Made by a program: the position numbers and the translations under genes. Shown here one piece after another: positions 45,459-56,151 of a stretch of DNA of 59,507 bases; position 1 is the first letter of the stretch, and every line of letters starts with the position of its first letter. The stretch is taken from the IMG/VR virus record IMGVR_UViG_3300025098_000043, positions 1-59,507 of that record; one strand, written 5' to 3'. The notes beneath the pieces were generated by a model that had not been told where the DNA came from, ran no database searches, and worked only from the letters and a program-made list of their open reading frames with translations. This stretch comes from a virus (lineage: Duplodnaviria > Caudoviricetes).

Positions 45459-46133
45459 CTACCGCCAATCCTTGCATATCCCTAAGAAATCAGCATACTC
45501 CGTCAGTTGCTCTTTACCGCCGCCGACGAAGTGTAATATATGGTTGTTGGCGATAGCCCATTGGCGGTCGCCTACGTTACGTTGATTGTATTCCTCCCCG
45601 ATCCAAGTAATGTCAATACCCGCCTCTGCCGTACGCATATTTAAGAAATCTTGGTCGTAGGCGTAAGAGTCGGGATACGGCGGGTCCAAGTTAAGGGAGC
45701 AGAGAGCGTCCAAACGAAACAGTAATACTCCTGCGTTGAAATAGGGGTCGTCGATGCTGGAGGCGTTCTCGGTGCTGTCAGGGTAGTGTTCGGCGATCCA
45801 CTTCTTATACCTATCGTCTTTCGTTGTCCACGCTTGATCTAGAGCGCACACTAGGTCGCCTCTCGTTTCAAACAGGTTAGGGCAGCTCGGAAGAATCAAG
45901 ACATCGCAGTCCAACACCAACACTTCCTTGTAATAATCCTGCTCTCGAAACCGCTTCAGGAAGTCAACGAAAGCCCAGACGGGGTTGCCGTTATACGGCT
46001 TGCTCGACTCTTCAGGGAACCACTTCACCTCATGAAAGTCTGCTCCCACTTTGCTCGCATAGTCCCGCATGGACGCTATGGAAGCCGACGCCCAAGGCAT
46101 ACCTCCAATAGCGAATGTAACAATAAGTCTCAT
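45459..46133 (-). CDS. GT-A fold glycosyltransferase, GT8-like (start uncertain, ATG 46133 preferred)
   Basis: VLVLDCDVLI (DxD), YFNAGVLLF, DQDFLN, YN and ILHFVG. Confidence 0.8.
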   Translation of the reverse strand: MRLIVTFAIGGMPWASASIASMRDYASKVGADFHEVKWFPEESSKPYNGNPVWAFVDFLKRFREQDYYKEVLVLDCDVLILPSCPNLFETRGDLVCALDQAWTTKDDRYKKWIAEHYPDSTENASSIDDPYFNAGVLLFRLDALCSLNLDPPYPDSYAYDQDFLNMRTAEAGIDITWIGEEYNQRNVGDRQWAIANNHILHFVGGGKEQLTEYADFLGICKDWR

Positions 46134-46185
46134 CGTCTGGATGGCTTTACAAAAACAATTATAGTTTGTCCACTCTTCATTTACA

Positions 46186-46857
46186 CTACCAAAACTGTAT
46201 ACCGTTTGTCTTACCACTGATGTTTGACACACCCGCCCGTTGTCCTACAATCCACTCTTTTGGGCAGTAAACTGGCCAATCCTTGCGGCGATGGGCCATT
46301 TCAAGTTGATGGTCGATATGTTTAATCGTGTTACGGTAGTCCGTCGCATACGATATATGGCGGTAAAACGACGTGAAAGTAGGCTGGTTAACGGCGTAGG
46401 CGTGCGTCCTGTTTACAGAATTACCAAGAATCACATTAGGAGACTCAGTAGGTGTAGGGTCACGGCGATGTTGACCGCCTAAATATATCTGCCCCCAATC
46501 CTCCGGCACGTCTTCCATGAACTCGTTAAGCTTCTCTAACGAATCGTTTTTGAAGATCACGTCGTCTTCTAACACCAATACGTTGTTCAGAGAGATGCTG
46601 TAGCGGTCATCTCTGGTATGGAGGACATCCTCCAGAATCCTTTGGTGCGAACGCAAGCAACCCCACGCTCCTCTGCCAGACCCCCAATCAGCCGGACAGG
46701 TTGTCCAGCCGCCAATAATCGCCGGATAGTAAATGACTTTGTCGTTGTCTGCCATTCTAGTCTCGTCCAGATGCTTCTTCGTCTCATCAAGGCGCTCCGG
46801 TCTATGGGCGCAGTTGATCACGTAAACGCGGTCAAACCAGTCCGTTAGGTTCTTCAT
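46186..46857 (-). CDS. Glycosyltransferase family 25-like
   Basis: YVIN...RPER, GCLRSH, VLEDDV, THAYAV and HIDH. Confidence 0.82.
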   Translation of the reverse strand: MKNLTDWFDRVYVINCAHRPERLDETKKHLDETRMADNDKVIYYPAIIGGWTTCPADWGSGRGAWGCLRSHQRILEDVLHTRDDRYSISLNNVLVLEDDVIFKNDSLEKLNEFMEDVPEDWGQIYLGGQHRRDPTPTESPNVILGNSVNRTHAYAVNQPTFTSFYRHISYATDYRNTIKHIDHQLEMAHRRKDWPVYCPKEWIVGQRAGVSNISGKTNGIQFW

Positions 46858-47303
46858 GGGTTTCCATCTCCTTCAGATACTGAGGATGAACTTTTTGATG
46901 ATCCTGAAGAACTAGAACTAGAAGAACTAGAACTAGAAGAACTAGAACTAGAAGAACTAGAACTAGAAGAGCTAGAACTAGAAGAGCTAGAACTAGAAGG
47001 ACTACAAGGGGAATCATGAACGGTAACCTCTATGGTTACAGTAGATGAGGAAGACGAAGACGAAGACGAATTACTGCTCGTGTAAGTTCCCGAAGCATCA
47101 TTTTCACTGGAACCTCCCTCCCATTGCTGGAAAAACACATCGAGTATTATCCATTCCGAACTACCGTTCCAATAAAGGGTATAAGATGCAGCAGCAGTAT
47201 AATATTGAACGCTGTCGTCCCAATACAAGTCGATGGGGTCTCCGCTCACCCCATCGTCAGTGACGACGAGCCGCGCCCTACACTTTCCGTTCGGTGCCGC
47301 CAT
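46854..47303 (-). CDS. Hypothetical protein with long poly-Ser tracts (149 aa)
   Basis: Internal Ser run and a ~29-Ser run near the C-terminus; ATGA-coupled to the GT25 gene. Confidence 0.65.
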   Translation of the reverse strand: MAAPNGKCRARLVVTDDGVSGDPIDLYWDDSVQYYTAAASYTLYWNGSSEWIILDVFFQQWEGGSSENDASGTYTSSNSSSSSSSSSTVTIEVTVHDSPCSPSSSSSSSSSSSSSSSSSSSSSSSSSSSSSSSGSSKSSSSVSEGDGNP

Positions 47304-48377
47304 TTATTCTCTAGGATAAGCTGAGTTAATAAACCTCTCGTTAGCGATGAACTGCTCTTTACTACGCTCAGGCATGTCAAACCCTCTAAATCCTTTACGG
47401 GTTCCGGTAAGTTTCAAAGTTACTTTAGAAGGCCGTAAAAAAGATAAAGGCCACGCCGAAAGAATTACGTTGTTCTTCTCGACCACCGCTCCGACTGATC
47501 CGGCCCTGTCGCCAGAGATTCCTGTAACAGTCATAGAGTCCGGCTCACATACCGCTAAGAACCTGTCATCAATTCGGGTTACTGTATTGGCTCCTTCTAA
47601 TGGTATGTCTCTCATCACAAATTCAAAGAGAACCTCATTAGACTCCATCGTGAATAACGCGCCGTATCCTTTGTCATGCCAATCCATAGGCACAATAGCG
47701 GTGGATTTGTCAGAGCCAGATGAAGACGAAGACGAAGACGAAGACGAAGACGAAGACGAAGACGAAGATGAAGATGAAGATGAAGATGATCCAATGTCGC
47801 TTTGATTGACGGCAAAAGCTGTTAGCCAATAAACATCAGTCGAAATGTTTTGGTCTAGTGTTGCGATATCATTATCGTCTACTTTTCCGACCTTAACATA
47901 GAACTTCCCGCCGTTGGAATTAGGTAAACTTTGCTGTTCTGGGGGTTCGTCATTCTCGTCATCTCCTTTCAGTTCACACAAAGTTACACTGCCCGATGAA
48001 TCAGTTTCCCAATAAAGATAAACATTTCCGCGCCAATCTAACTCATAAAACTTGAAGCGGTTCTTAGCCGCGGCGAGGTTAGAGGGGATTATCGTTTGTG
48101 GGCTGGATAAACCAGTTTGAGACACTAACCCATCCGTATCAAATACCATTCTATTAATCTGATGTACGAGAACACCGAAGTAGATATGGATCTTGTTGTT
48201 AGGAGCAGGGCGTAGAGCAAACGGAAACGGCTTATAGGCTGGAGGTTCTGGGACAACTGAACCAAAAGGGGTATCGTCCGCGTCCGTAAGAGACACTGTA
48301 TAGTCACTCAAACCTTCGTCAGGCATCTCATAAGAGATAGGTGCTTCTATATCCAAGCTATTGTCTTCAGAACTCAT
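47304..48377 (-). CDS. Putative tail-module protein with a poly-Ser linker (start ATG 48377)
   Basis: ATGA overlap with the upstream tail gene; ~23-Ser run at 47719-47790 between two domains. Confidence 0.65.
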   Translation of the reverse strand: MSSEDNSLDIEAPISYEMPDEGLSDYTVSLTDADDTPFGSVVPEPPAYKPFPFALRPAPNNKIHIYFGVLVHQINRMVFDTDGLVSQTGLSSPQTIIPSNLAAAKNRFKFYELDWRGNVYLYWETDSSGSVTLCELKGDDENDEPPEQQSLPNSNGGKFYVKVGKVDDNDIATLDQNISTDVYWLTAFAVNQSDIGSSSSSSSSSSSSSSSSSSSSSSSSGSDKSTAIVPMDWHDKGYGALFTMESNEVLFEFVMRDIPLEGANTVTRIDDRFLAVCEPDSMTVTGISGDRAGSVGAVVEKNNVILSAWPLSFLRPSKVTLKLTGTRKGFRGFDMPERSKEQFIANERFINSAYPRE

Positions 48378-50584
48378 GACGGTGGGTAGACAGTAGTTGT
48401 CTGCATTAACCAACCTCCTCTAAAAGGTTTTACTTCAGAGGAAGCTATATGAGGCTCCCAACTCGTGACGTTCGTCGCTCCTTTGGTATATATTGCATTA
48501 GTCGGTTCCCACGTCTCATCATTAGACCCCGTGCTAACTGTAAAGTTAACAGGCCCATGTAGTGTTGGGGGGATGTTTAAAGTAAATAGAGGATTCGTAA
48601 TTGAAATAGTTTCAGGTTCCGGCTTCTCCGCTGCTGCTAAACCAAATGGCTGAGTCGTACTCCAACTGATATCTACTACCGCCCTACACGGGCCTTGAAA
48701 CTTTCCTTTCTCGTATTGCACTCTAGGATAAGTCCTTGCGCCTCCTGAACGTAACTCCCAAACATCAAATTCTACTCCCGCCAATATTGGGGGGAAGTAA
48801 TAAGTAATAACAGTTTCATAACGAAGACGCGCACACCCAATTCCCTGACTCTGCTCTTCAGGACGATAGCTCTTATAATCGAAGCTAAGATCTATGGTTT
48901 GGAGTTGATAATTGTCGCTGTAGTAGTCGGCCACGTCTGTTTTAGCTGCCGTAGCTGCTGCATACTCTGCATCAACTCTAGTAAGTAATTCATTCAGATC
49001 TTTGAAGTTTTTCGGTGAACCAATAAATGGTCCTTTGCCGTTTGATCTCGCGACGACACCGAGTAGCACACACTCATCCCCTACGACAATAGTCGCAATA
49101 CTTCCAGAGTCCCCACCCTCTAGGGTATCGCTCCAATCGGTGTGTAAGTAACTTGTATCATTTAAAGTAAATTCTGTATAACTTGAGTCAGGGTTGTTAT
49201 GATCAAAGCTACCAAATTCTAAAGTCTGGACCTTCCGAATATGCGCGTTTTCATATTGATCAGTTGTCATCGCCAATACTATTTCCCCGCTCGATGACGG
49301 AGATGTCCAAGTAGCAGCACCTGTAAATTCATCAGTTTGAAAATATTGATAGCCGTCTTTAGGCAAAACTTTTACGACTTCAATAGAAGAAGGTAGATCA
49401 GAATCTAGTAGACCAACAGCATAGTCCCAATTATGAGAAGGCGCTCCCGTAGCGTCTGCGTGTGCTTCTATAGACAAAATTCTACGAGAATAGATCTCAC
49501 CATTCTTTGAACAAAAATAAACTATATCTCCATGCTCAAAACTGGCTTGGGTATTTGCTCTTTCCAAACGTCCGTCATAATATTGAGCATGGTTTGTAAA
49601 CAGTATGTGGCGAGGAGTTATGGCAACTCCACCAAATTGTTTTTGCTGCGACGCAGTTGGCCTGTCGTTCCAAGCTACAAAACCAGTAACCCCTTTTAAG
49701 TTATGCGCCCAACAGTTCGTATTGCGGGCGAGACTAGACGGAGCCGCATACGAACTGAACAAATTTAAAACATTACTAGATGGAGATCCGTCAGTTTCTT
49801 TTTTACCTGAAATAGCTGAATCAATAGATTGCCTAGCTACGGTTTGTAAATCAGATCGCATCCCCTCAGAAGGACACTTAACAACTTCTTTCTCTGTTAC
49901 TGCATACCAGTTATCGGACAACTGCTGAACTGTGCGGACCGTGCCGGAGTTCATGCCCCAGTATGCGTTGTCTGGCGCACCAGCTAAAGCTTCGATGGTA
50001 GACCCTGCTACAGCTTCTCCCTTATGATAAAGAATTTGCTTAGTCTCGTTTGTCGTCTGGAAGAATTCGTCAAAGTCTAGACGAGACAACGGAATCTTCT
50101 TCACGTAGACCCGTTGCTCGATAACATACAAGCCGTTTAGAATCTTGTCGTTAATAGGAATCTGTTTCCGTTGGGCTAGAACGTGCGTGCCACTGAACTT
50201 GCCTGTTGGAGTATCAGGCATCGCCGCTCCCATTGCAGGAACGGTAGAGCTAAACTCGCTACGACGGATTACGTAGTCGCGAGAAACAGCGTCAAACTTA
50301 GTGCCGCCGATATCAGCCTCACTGTAAGACCAGTTGTCGTTGTCCTGCTCTAGCTGATCAGCCGCATAGTAGTAACGGTAATATCTACTCTGCTCGTCCA
50401 CTGATTGGACGCTAACCAGTCGATGGTTTGGCCACTTTTTGTAGTCGGGGTGGCTAGACCCGTATTTAGGAACATCAGGCCCAACCCTCTCCGCATCAAC
50501 GGTTTCAAAAAAGAGGATGTCGTTAACATTCGGTGTAGGGAATGTAACGACTGACTGTCGTTGCGGGGAGGGATTAAGGGCCAT
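48374..50584 (-). CDS. Tail-module protein with an internal trypsin-like serine protease domain
   Basis: GGVAITPRHILFTNH (His), DYAVGLL (Asp) and GGDSGS (Ser) in canonical order in the middle of a 736-aa ORF. Confidence 0.7.
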   Translation of the reverse strand: MALNPSPQRQSVVTFPTPNVNDILFFETVDAERVGPDVPKYGSSHPDYKKWPNHRLVSVQSVDEQSRYYRYYYAADQLEQDNDNWSYSEADIGGTKFDAVSRDYVIRRSEFSSTVPAMGAAMPDTPTGKFSGTHVLAQRKQIPINDKILNGLYVIEQRVYVKKIPLSRLDFDEFFQTTNETKQILYHKGEAVAGSTIEALAGAPDNAYWGMNSGTVRTVQQLSDNWYAVTEKEVVKCPSEGMRSDLQTVARQSIDSAISGKKETDGSPSSNVLNLFSSYAAPSSLARNTNCWAHNLKGVTGFVAWNDRPTASQQKQFGGVAITPRHILFTNHAQYYDGRLERANTQASFEHGDIVYFCSKNGEIYSRRILSIEAHADATGAPSHNWDYAVGLLDSDLPSSIEVVKVLPKDGYQYFQTDEFTGAATWTSPSSSGEIVLAMTTDQYENAHIRKVQTLEFGSFDHNNPDSSYTEFTLNDTSYLHTDWSDTLEGGDSGSIATIVVGDECVLLGVVARSNGKGPFIGSPKNFKDLNELLTRVDAEYAAATAAKTDVADYYSDNYQLQTIDLSFDYKSYRPEEQSQGIGCARLRYETVITYYFPPILAGVEFDVWELRSGGARTYPRVQYEKGKFQGPCRAVVDISWSTTQPFGLAAAEKPEPETISITNPLFTLNIPPTLHGPVNFTVSTGSNDETWEPTNAIYTKGATNVTSWEPHIASSEVKPFRGGWLMQTTTVYPPS

Positions 50585-50598
50585 GATGTGATTAGGTT

Positions 50599-50799
50599 TT
50601 AGGCTTCTCCGCCTTCACCCTCACCTTCTTCAGCAGCAGCTTCTTCTTGCAGAGAGGCTCCAGCTTCTTGGAGCTTCTTAGTAAGGTGAACAGCGGCTTC
50701 AGCGACTTGAAGTCCTGCGGCTTTCGTCGCAAGATCGATCAACTTGATGAGTGCGTTGGCTTCGTTAGCGTTTAGAGTAAGTTCGATATTATCTTCCAT
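50599..50799 (-). CDS. Small tail-fibre-associated protein
   Basis: 66 aa, helical, downstream of the fibre genes. Confidence 0.55.
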   Translation of the reverse strand: MEDNIELTLNANEANALIKLIDLATKAAGLQVAEAAVHLTKKLQEAGASLQEEAAAEEGEGEGGEA

Positions 50800-50817
50800 A
50801 CGGAAGAAAGATTTGCA

Positions 50818-51246
<429 letters not shown>

Positions 51247-51275
51247 AGTTTTGTTTGGTTTGGTTAAAAAATTGT

Positions 51276-54200
51276 TTAGCCCACTCTCCAGTTAGTCCCG
51301 TCAGAATACATTGGGCAGAAATTAGACCCTGACCCGACAGTAACTAATCCATGTGCTTGTGACACGCTATAGGAGGAGTCACTCACGAAGGCTCGTTGAC
51401 CCGCTGGCGAAGCTGACGGCAGCGTAGACACGGTGTAAACTTTGTGGGCGATAGTCCCTTCGACATGTAGTTTTGTAGCTGGACTCGTTGTCCCTATACC
51501 AACGTTTCCGTTAGCAGCTAAACGCATAGCTTCTGTGCTATCACCAGTAAGGAGCTTTAAGTAATTGCTAGCAGTTGTAGTACCAACAGACATAAAACTA
51601 TTATTAGGATCGTGCATTACAACTGCGCCAGTGGTGTCTCCTGTAGTTCCAAATACTAATTTTTGTTTCTGTGCGCTTCCACTACCTGTACCAATAAGTG
51701 ATATACCTCCTGCTACTGACGATTCAATAACCATTGTATCTGCTTCAGAATCAGGAGAGTATGAACCAGAAGTGCCATCTAGAACATTTAATTTGCCTTT
51801 TGGACTATCTGTTCCTATACCAACGTTGCCAGAAGTTTCCTGTATAAACAATCTAGTGTCATCTCCCGAATCACCTCCCACCGTTTCTTTTATGGAAAAC
51901 CCAACTCCCTTATTAACAAGTAAATCAAAAGCTAAATTGCTTGAGTCACTGTCTTCTAATCTTATCTTAGCTTCTCCAGTGTTTTTAACATGTAGCTGAA
52001 CCCCACTTGTCACAACATTAGATGTTGCGGAGTTTCCTATCATTTGCGCTCCAACAACTCTAAATTGACCGTTTACTTCAAGTTTACTTGCTGGACTAGT
52101 TGTTCCTATACCAACGTTACCGTTAGTAAGATCAATAGTTAGATTACTATTACTGTTAGCACTAGTGCTACCAATATACCCTCTTTGACTTTGAGTTCCA
52201 ACATACAAAGAATCAGCATTATCATTGATTCTAATATGAGCGTCAGAATCAGAAGACTCAAATCGTCCAACAGTATTTGATGATGTATAAGTATGAAGTA
52301 TATTTGTCGGACTAGTTGTTCCTATACCAACGTTGCCGCTCGAAGCGATACGCATTTTTTCAGAACCACCTGACTGAAATAGCATAATAGCTGTATTTCT
52401 AGCATTTAACGTCAGTGAACCACTACTAGATGAAATAGTTCCGTGTATTGATGAACCTGAATTAATATTTAAAGCTCCCCCAACATTTACACCACCTGTA
52501 AAACTTGAAGCTCCTGAGCCTGAGCATTGTATAACTCCCCCAACAGTTACGTTACCTACAAAATCAACTGATTTATTATGGCCATTAACGGTTTGATATG
52601 TACCTAATGTACCTCCATCTCTTACTCCAAAATTAACAATAGTGTTACTAGAATCACTTTCATTAATAATCCCAACATCTATTGCAAAACCTTCTCTCGC
52701 GCTAAAATTATGACCGTTTTCAGAGATACCCATTACAAACCTTACTTTTTCGTTTGTACCAGTACCTGAACCATAAGTCTTTTGGTTCATTAACCTAAGA
52801 GCTGTGAAATCACCATCTACAATCCCAGATGCTACCAATTTAGCATCTGGACTCGTCGTTCCTATACCAACGTTACCGTCAGTATTTACAAATAATTTTG
52901 TAGTCTCACCTCCAAAAGACGTTCCATAACCTAGCGACCAGTTTGCAGACTGATTTAAGCCTTGCCACCAGTAGTTAGAGCCTGTCGAGTAGTTGTTATA
53001 TTTAACAGCAACTTCTTCTGGAGTGCCTGTAGACGTTGATTCTAAAGTAAGGTAAACATCTGTAGTTTCAGCTAGATGAAGTTTTGTAGCTGGATAAATT
53101 GCTCCGATACCAACGTTACCAGCATTGGATACAGTTAAAGCTAATATATTATCAGTTAAATTTTGCCAATAGGTATTTGCATTATCTGAATGGAAGCCCC
53201 ATTTTTTTGCAGAAGCTCCTGTTCGTAGGTAAGCTATTGATACACTAGCTGCATTAGCTACTTCTAATGGATAAGAAGGACTAATTGTACCTATGCCAAC
53301 GTTACCGCCATTTAAATAAGAATTACCATTAGTATTTAAGTGAATTTTAGCTGTATTGCTAGTATTATAAGCAAGGTAATTAGCATTCCCGCTACTATCG
53401 TTATATAGTATATGTAATCTGTTTGTATTGTTATTAGCGTTAGCTTTACCTATTATAACACCTTGACCCGCACTTATGAAAAATGCATGTTCACCAGTCC
53501 AATCATTTTGAGCTTGTGTTCCGTGTCCACTAATAAAAATATCCCGTGTTGCAGTAGAGTAGACTTGGAGTTTAGCTGCTGGACTCGTTGTCCCTATACC
53601 AACGTTACCAGTGTTGGTTATTTTCATTTTCGGCAGACCAAAAGCTACTCCGAAATTTAATGAACCATCTCCATATCCATGACCTCCACCTGTTGAAGTT
53701 ATGTCCCAAGCAACTCCATTACTACCAGTATTATTAATTATAAGTGATGTATTTGCTCCACTACCAGTAATTCTAATACCGTCTGTGTTTCCTGAACCAG
53801 AATTAACTTCTAATTTTTTTGCTGGAGTCGTTGTTCCTATACCAACGTTGCCTGTGGTTAACACAGTCAGTAAACCTGCTTCTTCTACTTGGAAGGAAGC
53901 ATTTGTTGCAAGAGATGTTGTGCTAGGGACACCTATTGAAAATGGCCAATACCTTACACCTACTCTTCCCCCGTCCATAATGTAGAAAATTTCGTTATTA
54001 GAAAAGTCAGTTGTCTTAAAGGTCAGACCTGATGAGCCGCCAGCGCCCTTTAACCTTAACCTAGCGTCGGGATTAGTTCCCCCTACACCTATACCAACGT
54101 TACTGTTAGCATCAATAGTTAAACCTTCAATTCCGTTAGTAACTATTGAAAGTCTTGATGGCCCAGTAAATCCTTTATACCCATAATAATTACCCCCACC

Positions 54201-56141
54201 TGTATACAGATCATGGAATATAAATCCATCTTTAGCACCATTAGCCCCCGCTAGAACTCCACTGTCTTTAGCTAGTATATTGCCCGCAACTTCTAATTTT
54301 TCTGCTGGACTAACTGTTCCTATACCAACGTTACCACCGCTTAGGATGGTCATTTTCGTAGAATTATTAGCAACAATAGCTACTGATTGATTATCTAGAG
54401 TTCCAAATTGCCCAGTACCACTGGAAGCAGTTAAATATTTACCAAGATTGTTTTGTATTCTATTATTTGGAACATCAAACGTAATAGCAGTCGTTACCCC
54501 ATTTCTGAAATTCAAAACGCCGTTACCCCAAGAACCTCCTACTTGTATACCCGCCGTGTTGTTTGTAAAGTATAGACTTGAAGTCAATCCTATAGTACCA
54601 GAGACATGAAGTCTATACGCTGGACTCGTTGTTCCTATACCAACGTTGCCATCACCTTGAACTCTTAATATATTGTTATTACCACCCTCAGTGCCTATTG
54701 ATACAAAATCATTAGATGTTGCTGCTTGAATATATATTTCCCCATCGGTTCTTGATGAACGATAGGTTTCAGCATATATATGGTTAGACTTTATGTTACC
54801 TTGAACGTGTAATTTTTCGTCTACTGAGGTTGTTCCTATACCAACGTTGCCGCTATCTGAAAATATTACTGTTGGATTTGCGTTAGCACTATTGAAAAAA
54901 TTAAGGTCGCCATCAACACCAACTCCGATATCCCAACTTTCATTTGCTGAATCATTCTCTAAAATTCTTATAGCCCTATGTGAAGTATCTGAATTTATTG
55001 TTAATGGTCTATCAGGACTCGTTGTTCCTATACCAACGTTACCCGCAGAAGTAATCCGCATTTTTTCTGCCGCTGCGTTATTTAAAACAGGCGAGAAAGT
55101 AATCGCTACATCTTTATTGGCAGACGAAGAGAAATCTGCATTTTCTTTTACTGCTGAAATTGCTACTCCGTTTGCACGAAGATCTGGAGACATCCTTAAC
55201 GCAGAAGTCTGCGTGGTAGTATTACCTTGGTCGAGATTAAACAACTTAATTTCAGAAGCACCGCCTGTTTGCGTATCTCGTATATCTAGAATACTGGTTG
55301 GATTATTTGTTCCTATGCCAACGTTGCCAGAAGAATTGATGCTTAATCGTGTATTATTACCTACAACGTTATTGTCGCAAATTTCAAATGTGCTAGAATT
55401 AGTTCCTAAAGAAAAAGTATTTGATGATGAAGCGAATTGTATTTGAGGGTCACTGCCGCTTGAATTTATCTCTATCGATCCACTACCTCCAACATCACGG
55501 GTAAATTTGGCTAATGGACCTCCTTGACCTCCTCCAGTTACCAAAAGACCTGTCCCAAGAGAAGCGTTATCGTCGATATGAAGCTTCGCTTGAGGGTGTG
55601 TTGTTCCTATACCAACGTTACCTGCTAGAGCGGTGCTGCCTTTAATAAATATGCCACTTGTTCCCCCAGCATACCCCAAGTTTAAATCGGTATTGCCATA
55701 AACAAGACTTGTAACTACATAACCATTAAAAATTGCATTACCACCTGCTGACATATCGAGGGTAAGAGCTGTGAAGGAAGAACCACCATCATTACCTTTA
55801 AATTTTATGTCTTTGTCAGAAGCTCCGTTTGATATGTTTAAGTCGCCAGTACCGCTAATAACATTCCCGTTACTACCATCGTGTACAAACCTCAAACCAC
55901 TAGTACCAGACATATAAATATTTTTGCCTGTCCCTAAGTTTATATCACCAGTCATATTACCACCTGCTAGTGGTAAGTAGGATGTGCTGTTGAAGGCGTT
56001 AGTTCCTAAAGCTCTCTTGCCGACTACATCAGCACCAGCGATCATCAACGCCGTAACTTGTGAACCGCTATAAGTGGGTAAACTTGGTAGAGTTAAATTT
56101 GCGTTGACCTTAAGATCTGAATTTATGTTCCTTGTTGGCAT
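51276..56141 (-). CDS. Tail fibre protein 1 with 16 (G)NVGIGT modules (1621 aa)
   Basis: 16 NVGIG repeats; C-terminal YTVSTLPSA...YSDGTNWR tip motif. Confidence 0.85.
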   Translation of the reverse strand: MPTRNINSDLKVNANLTLPSLPTYSGSQVTALMIAGADVVGKRALGTNAFNSTSYLPLAGGNMTGDINLGTGKNIYMSGTSGLRFVHDGSNGNVISGTGDLNISNGASDKDIKFKGNDGGSSFTALTLDMSAGGNAIFNGYVVTSLVYGNTDLNLGYAGGTSGIFIKGSTALAGNVGIGTTHPQAKLHIDDNASLGTGLLVTGGGQGGPLAKFTRDVGGSGSIEINSSGSDPQIQFASSSNTFSLGTNSSTFEICDNNVVGNNTRLSINSSGNVGIGTNNPTSILDIRDTQTGGASEIKLFNLDQGNTTTQTSALRMSPDLRANGVAISAVKENADFSSSANKDVAITFSPVLNNAAAEKMRITSAGNVGIGTTSPDRPLTINSDTSHRAIRILENDSANESWDIGVGVDGDLNFFNSANANPTVIFSDSGNVGIGTTSVDEKLHVQGNIKSNHIYAETYRSSRTDGEIYIQAATSNDFVSIGTEGGNNNILRVQGDGNVGIGTTSPAYRLHVSGTIGLTSSLYFTNNTAGIQVGGSWGNGVLNFRNGVTTAITFDVPNNRIQNNLGKYLTASSGTGQFGTLDNQSVAIVANNSTKMTILSGGNVGIGTVSPAEKLEVAGNILAKDSGVLAGANGAKDGFIFHDLYTGGGNYYGYKGFTGPSRLSIVTNGIEGLTIDANSNVGIGVGGTNPDARLRLKGAGGSSGLTFKTTDFSNNEIFYIMDGGRVGVRYWPFSIGVPSTTSLATNASFQVEEAGLLTVLTTGNVGIGTTTPAKKLEVNSGSGNTDGIRITGSGANTSLIINNTGSNGVAWDITSTGGGHGYGDGSLNFGVAFGLPKMKITNTGNVGIGTTSPAAKLQVYSTATRDIFISGHGTQAQNDWTGEHAFFISAGQGVIIGKANANNNTNRLHILYNDSSGNANYLAYNTSNTAKIHLNTNGNSYLNGGNVGIGTISPSYPLEVANAASVSIAYLRTGASAKKWGFHSDNANTYWQNLTDNILALTVSNAGNVGIGAIYPATKLHLAETTDVYLTLESTSTGTPEEVAVKYNNYSTGSNYWWQGLNQSANWSLGYGTSFGGETTKLFVNTDGNVGIGTTSPDAKLVASGIVDGDFTALRLMNQKTYGSGTGTNEKVRFVMGISENGHNFSAREGFAIDVGIINESDSSNTIVNFGVRDGGTLGTYQTVNGHNKSVDFVGNVTVGGVIQCSGSGASSFTGGVNVGGALNINSGSSIHGTISSSSGSLTLNARNTAIMLFQSGGSEKMRIASSGNVGIGTTSPTNILHTYTSSNTVGRFESSDSDAHIRINDNADSLYVGTQSQRGYIGSTSANSNSNLTIDLTNGNVGIGTTSPASKLEVNGQFRVVGAQMIGNSATSNVVTSGVQLHVKNTGEAKIRLEDSDSSNLAFDLLVNKGVGFSIKETVGGDSGDDTRLFIQETSGNVGIGTDSPKGKLNVLDGTSGSYSPDSEADTMVIESSVAGGISLIGTGSGSAQKQKLVFGTTGDTTGAVVMHDPNNSFMSVGTTTASNYLKLLTGDSTEAMRLAANGNVGIGTTSPATKLHVEGTIAHKVYTVSTLPSASPAGQRAFVSDSSYSVSQAHGLVTVGSGSNFCPMYSDGTNWRVG

Positions 56142-56151
56142 CTTTAAAAAA

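Noticed and set aside
46905-47000. Many TAGAACTA matches to the palindrome-core motif
   Set aside because: They arise from alternating TCT/AGT Ser codons in the poly-Ser tract and are not evidence of regulatory sites.
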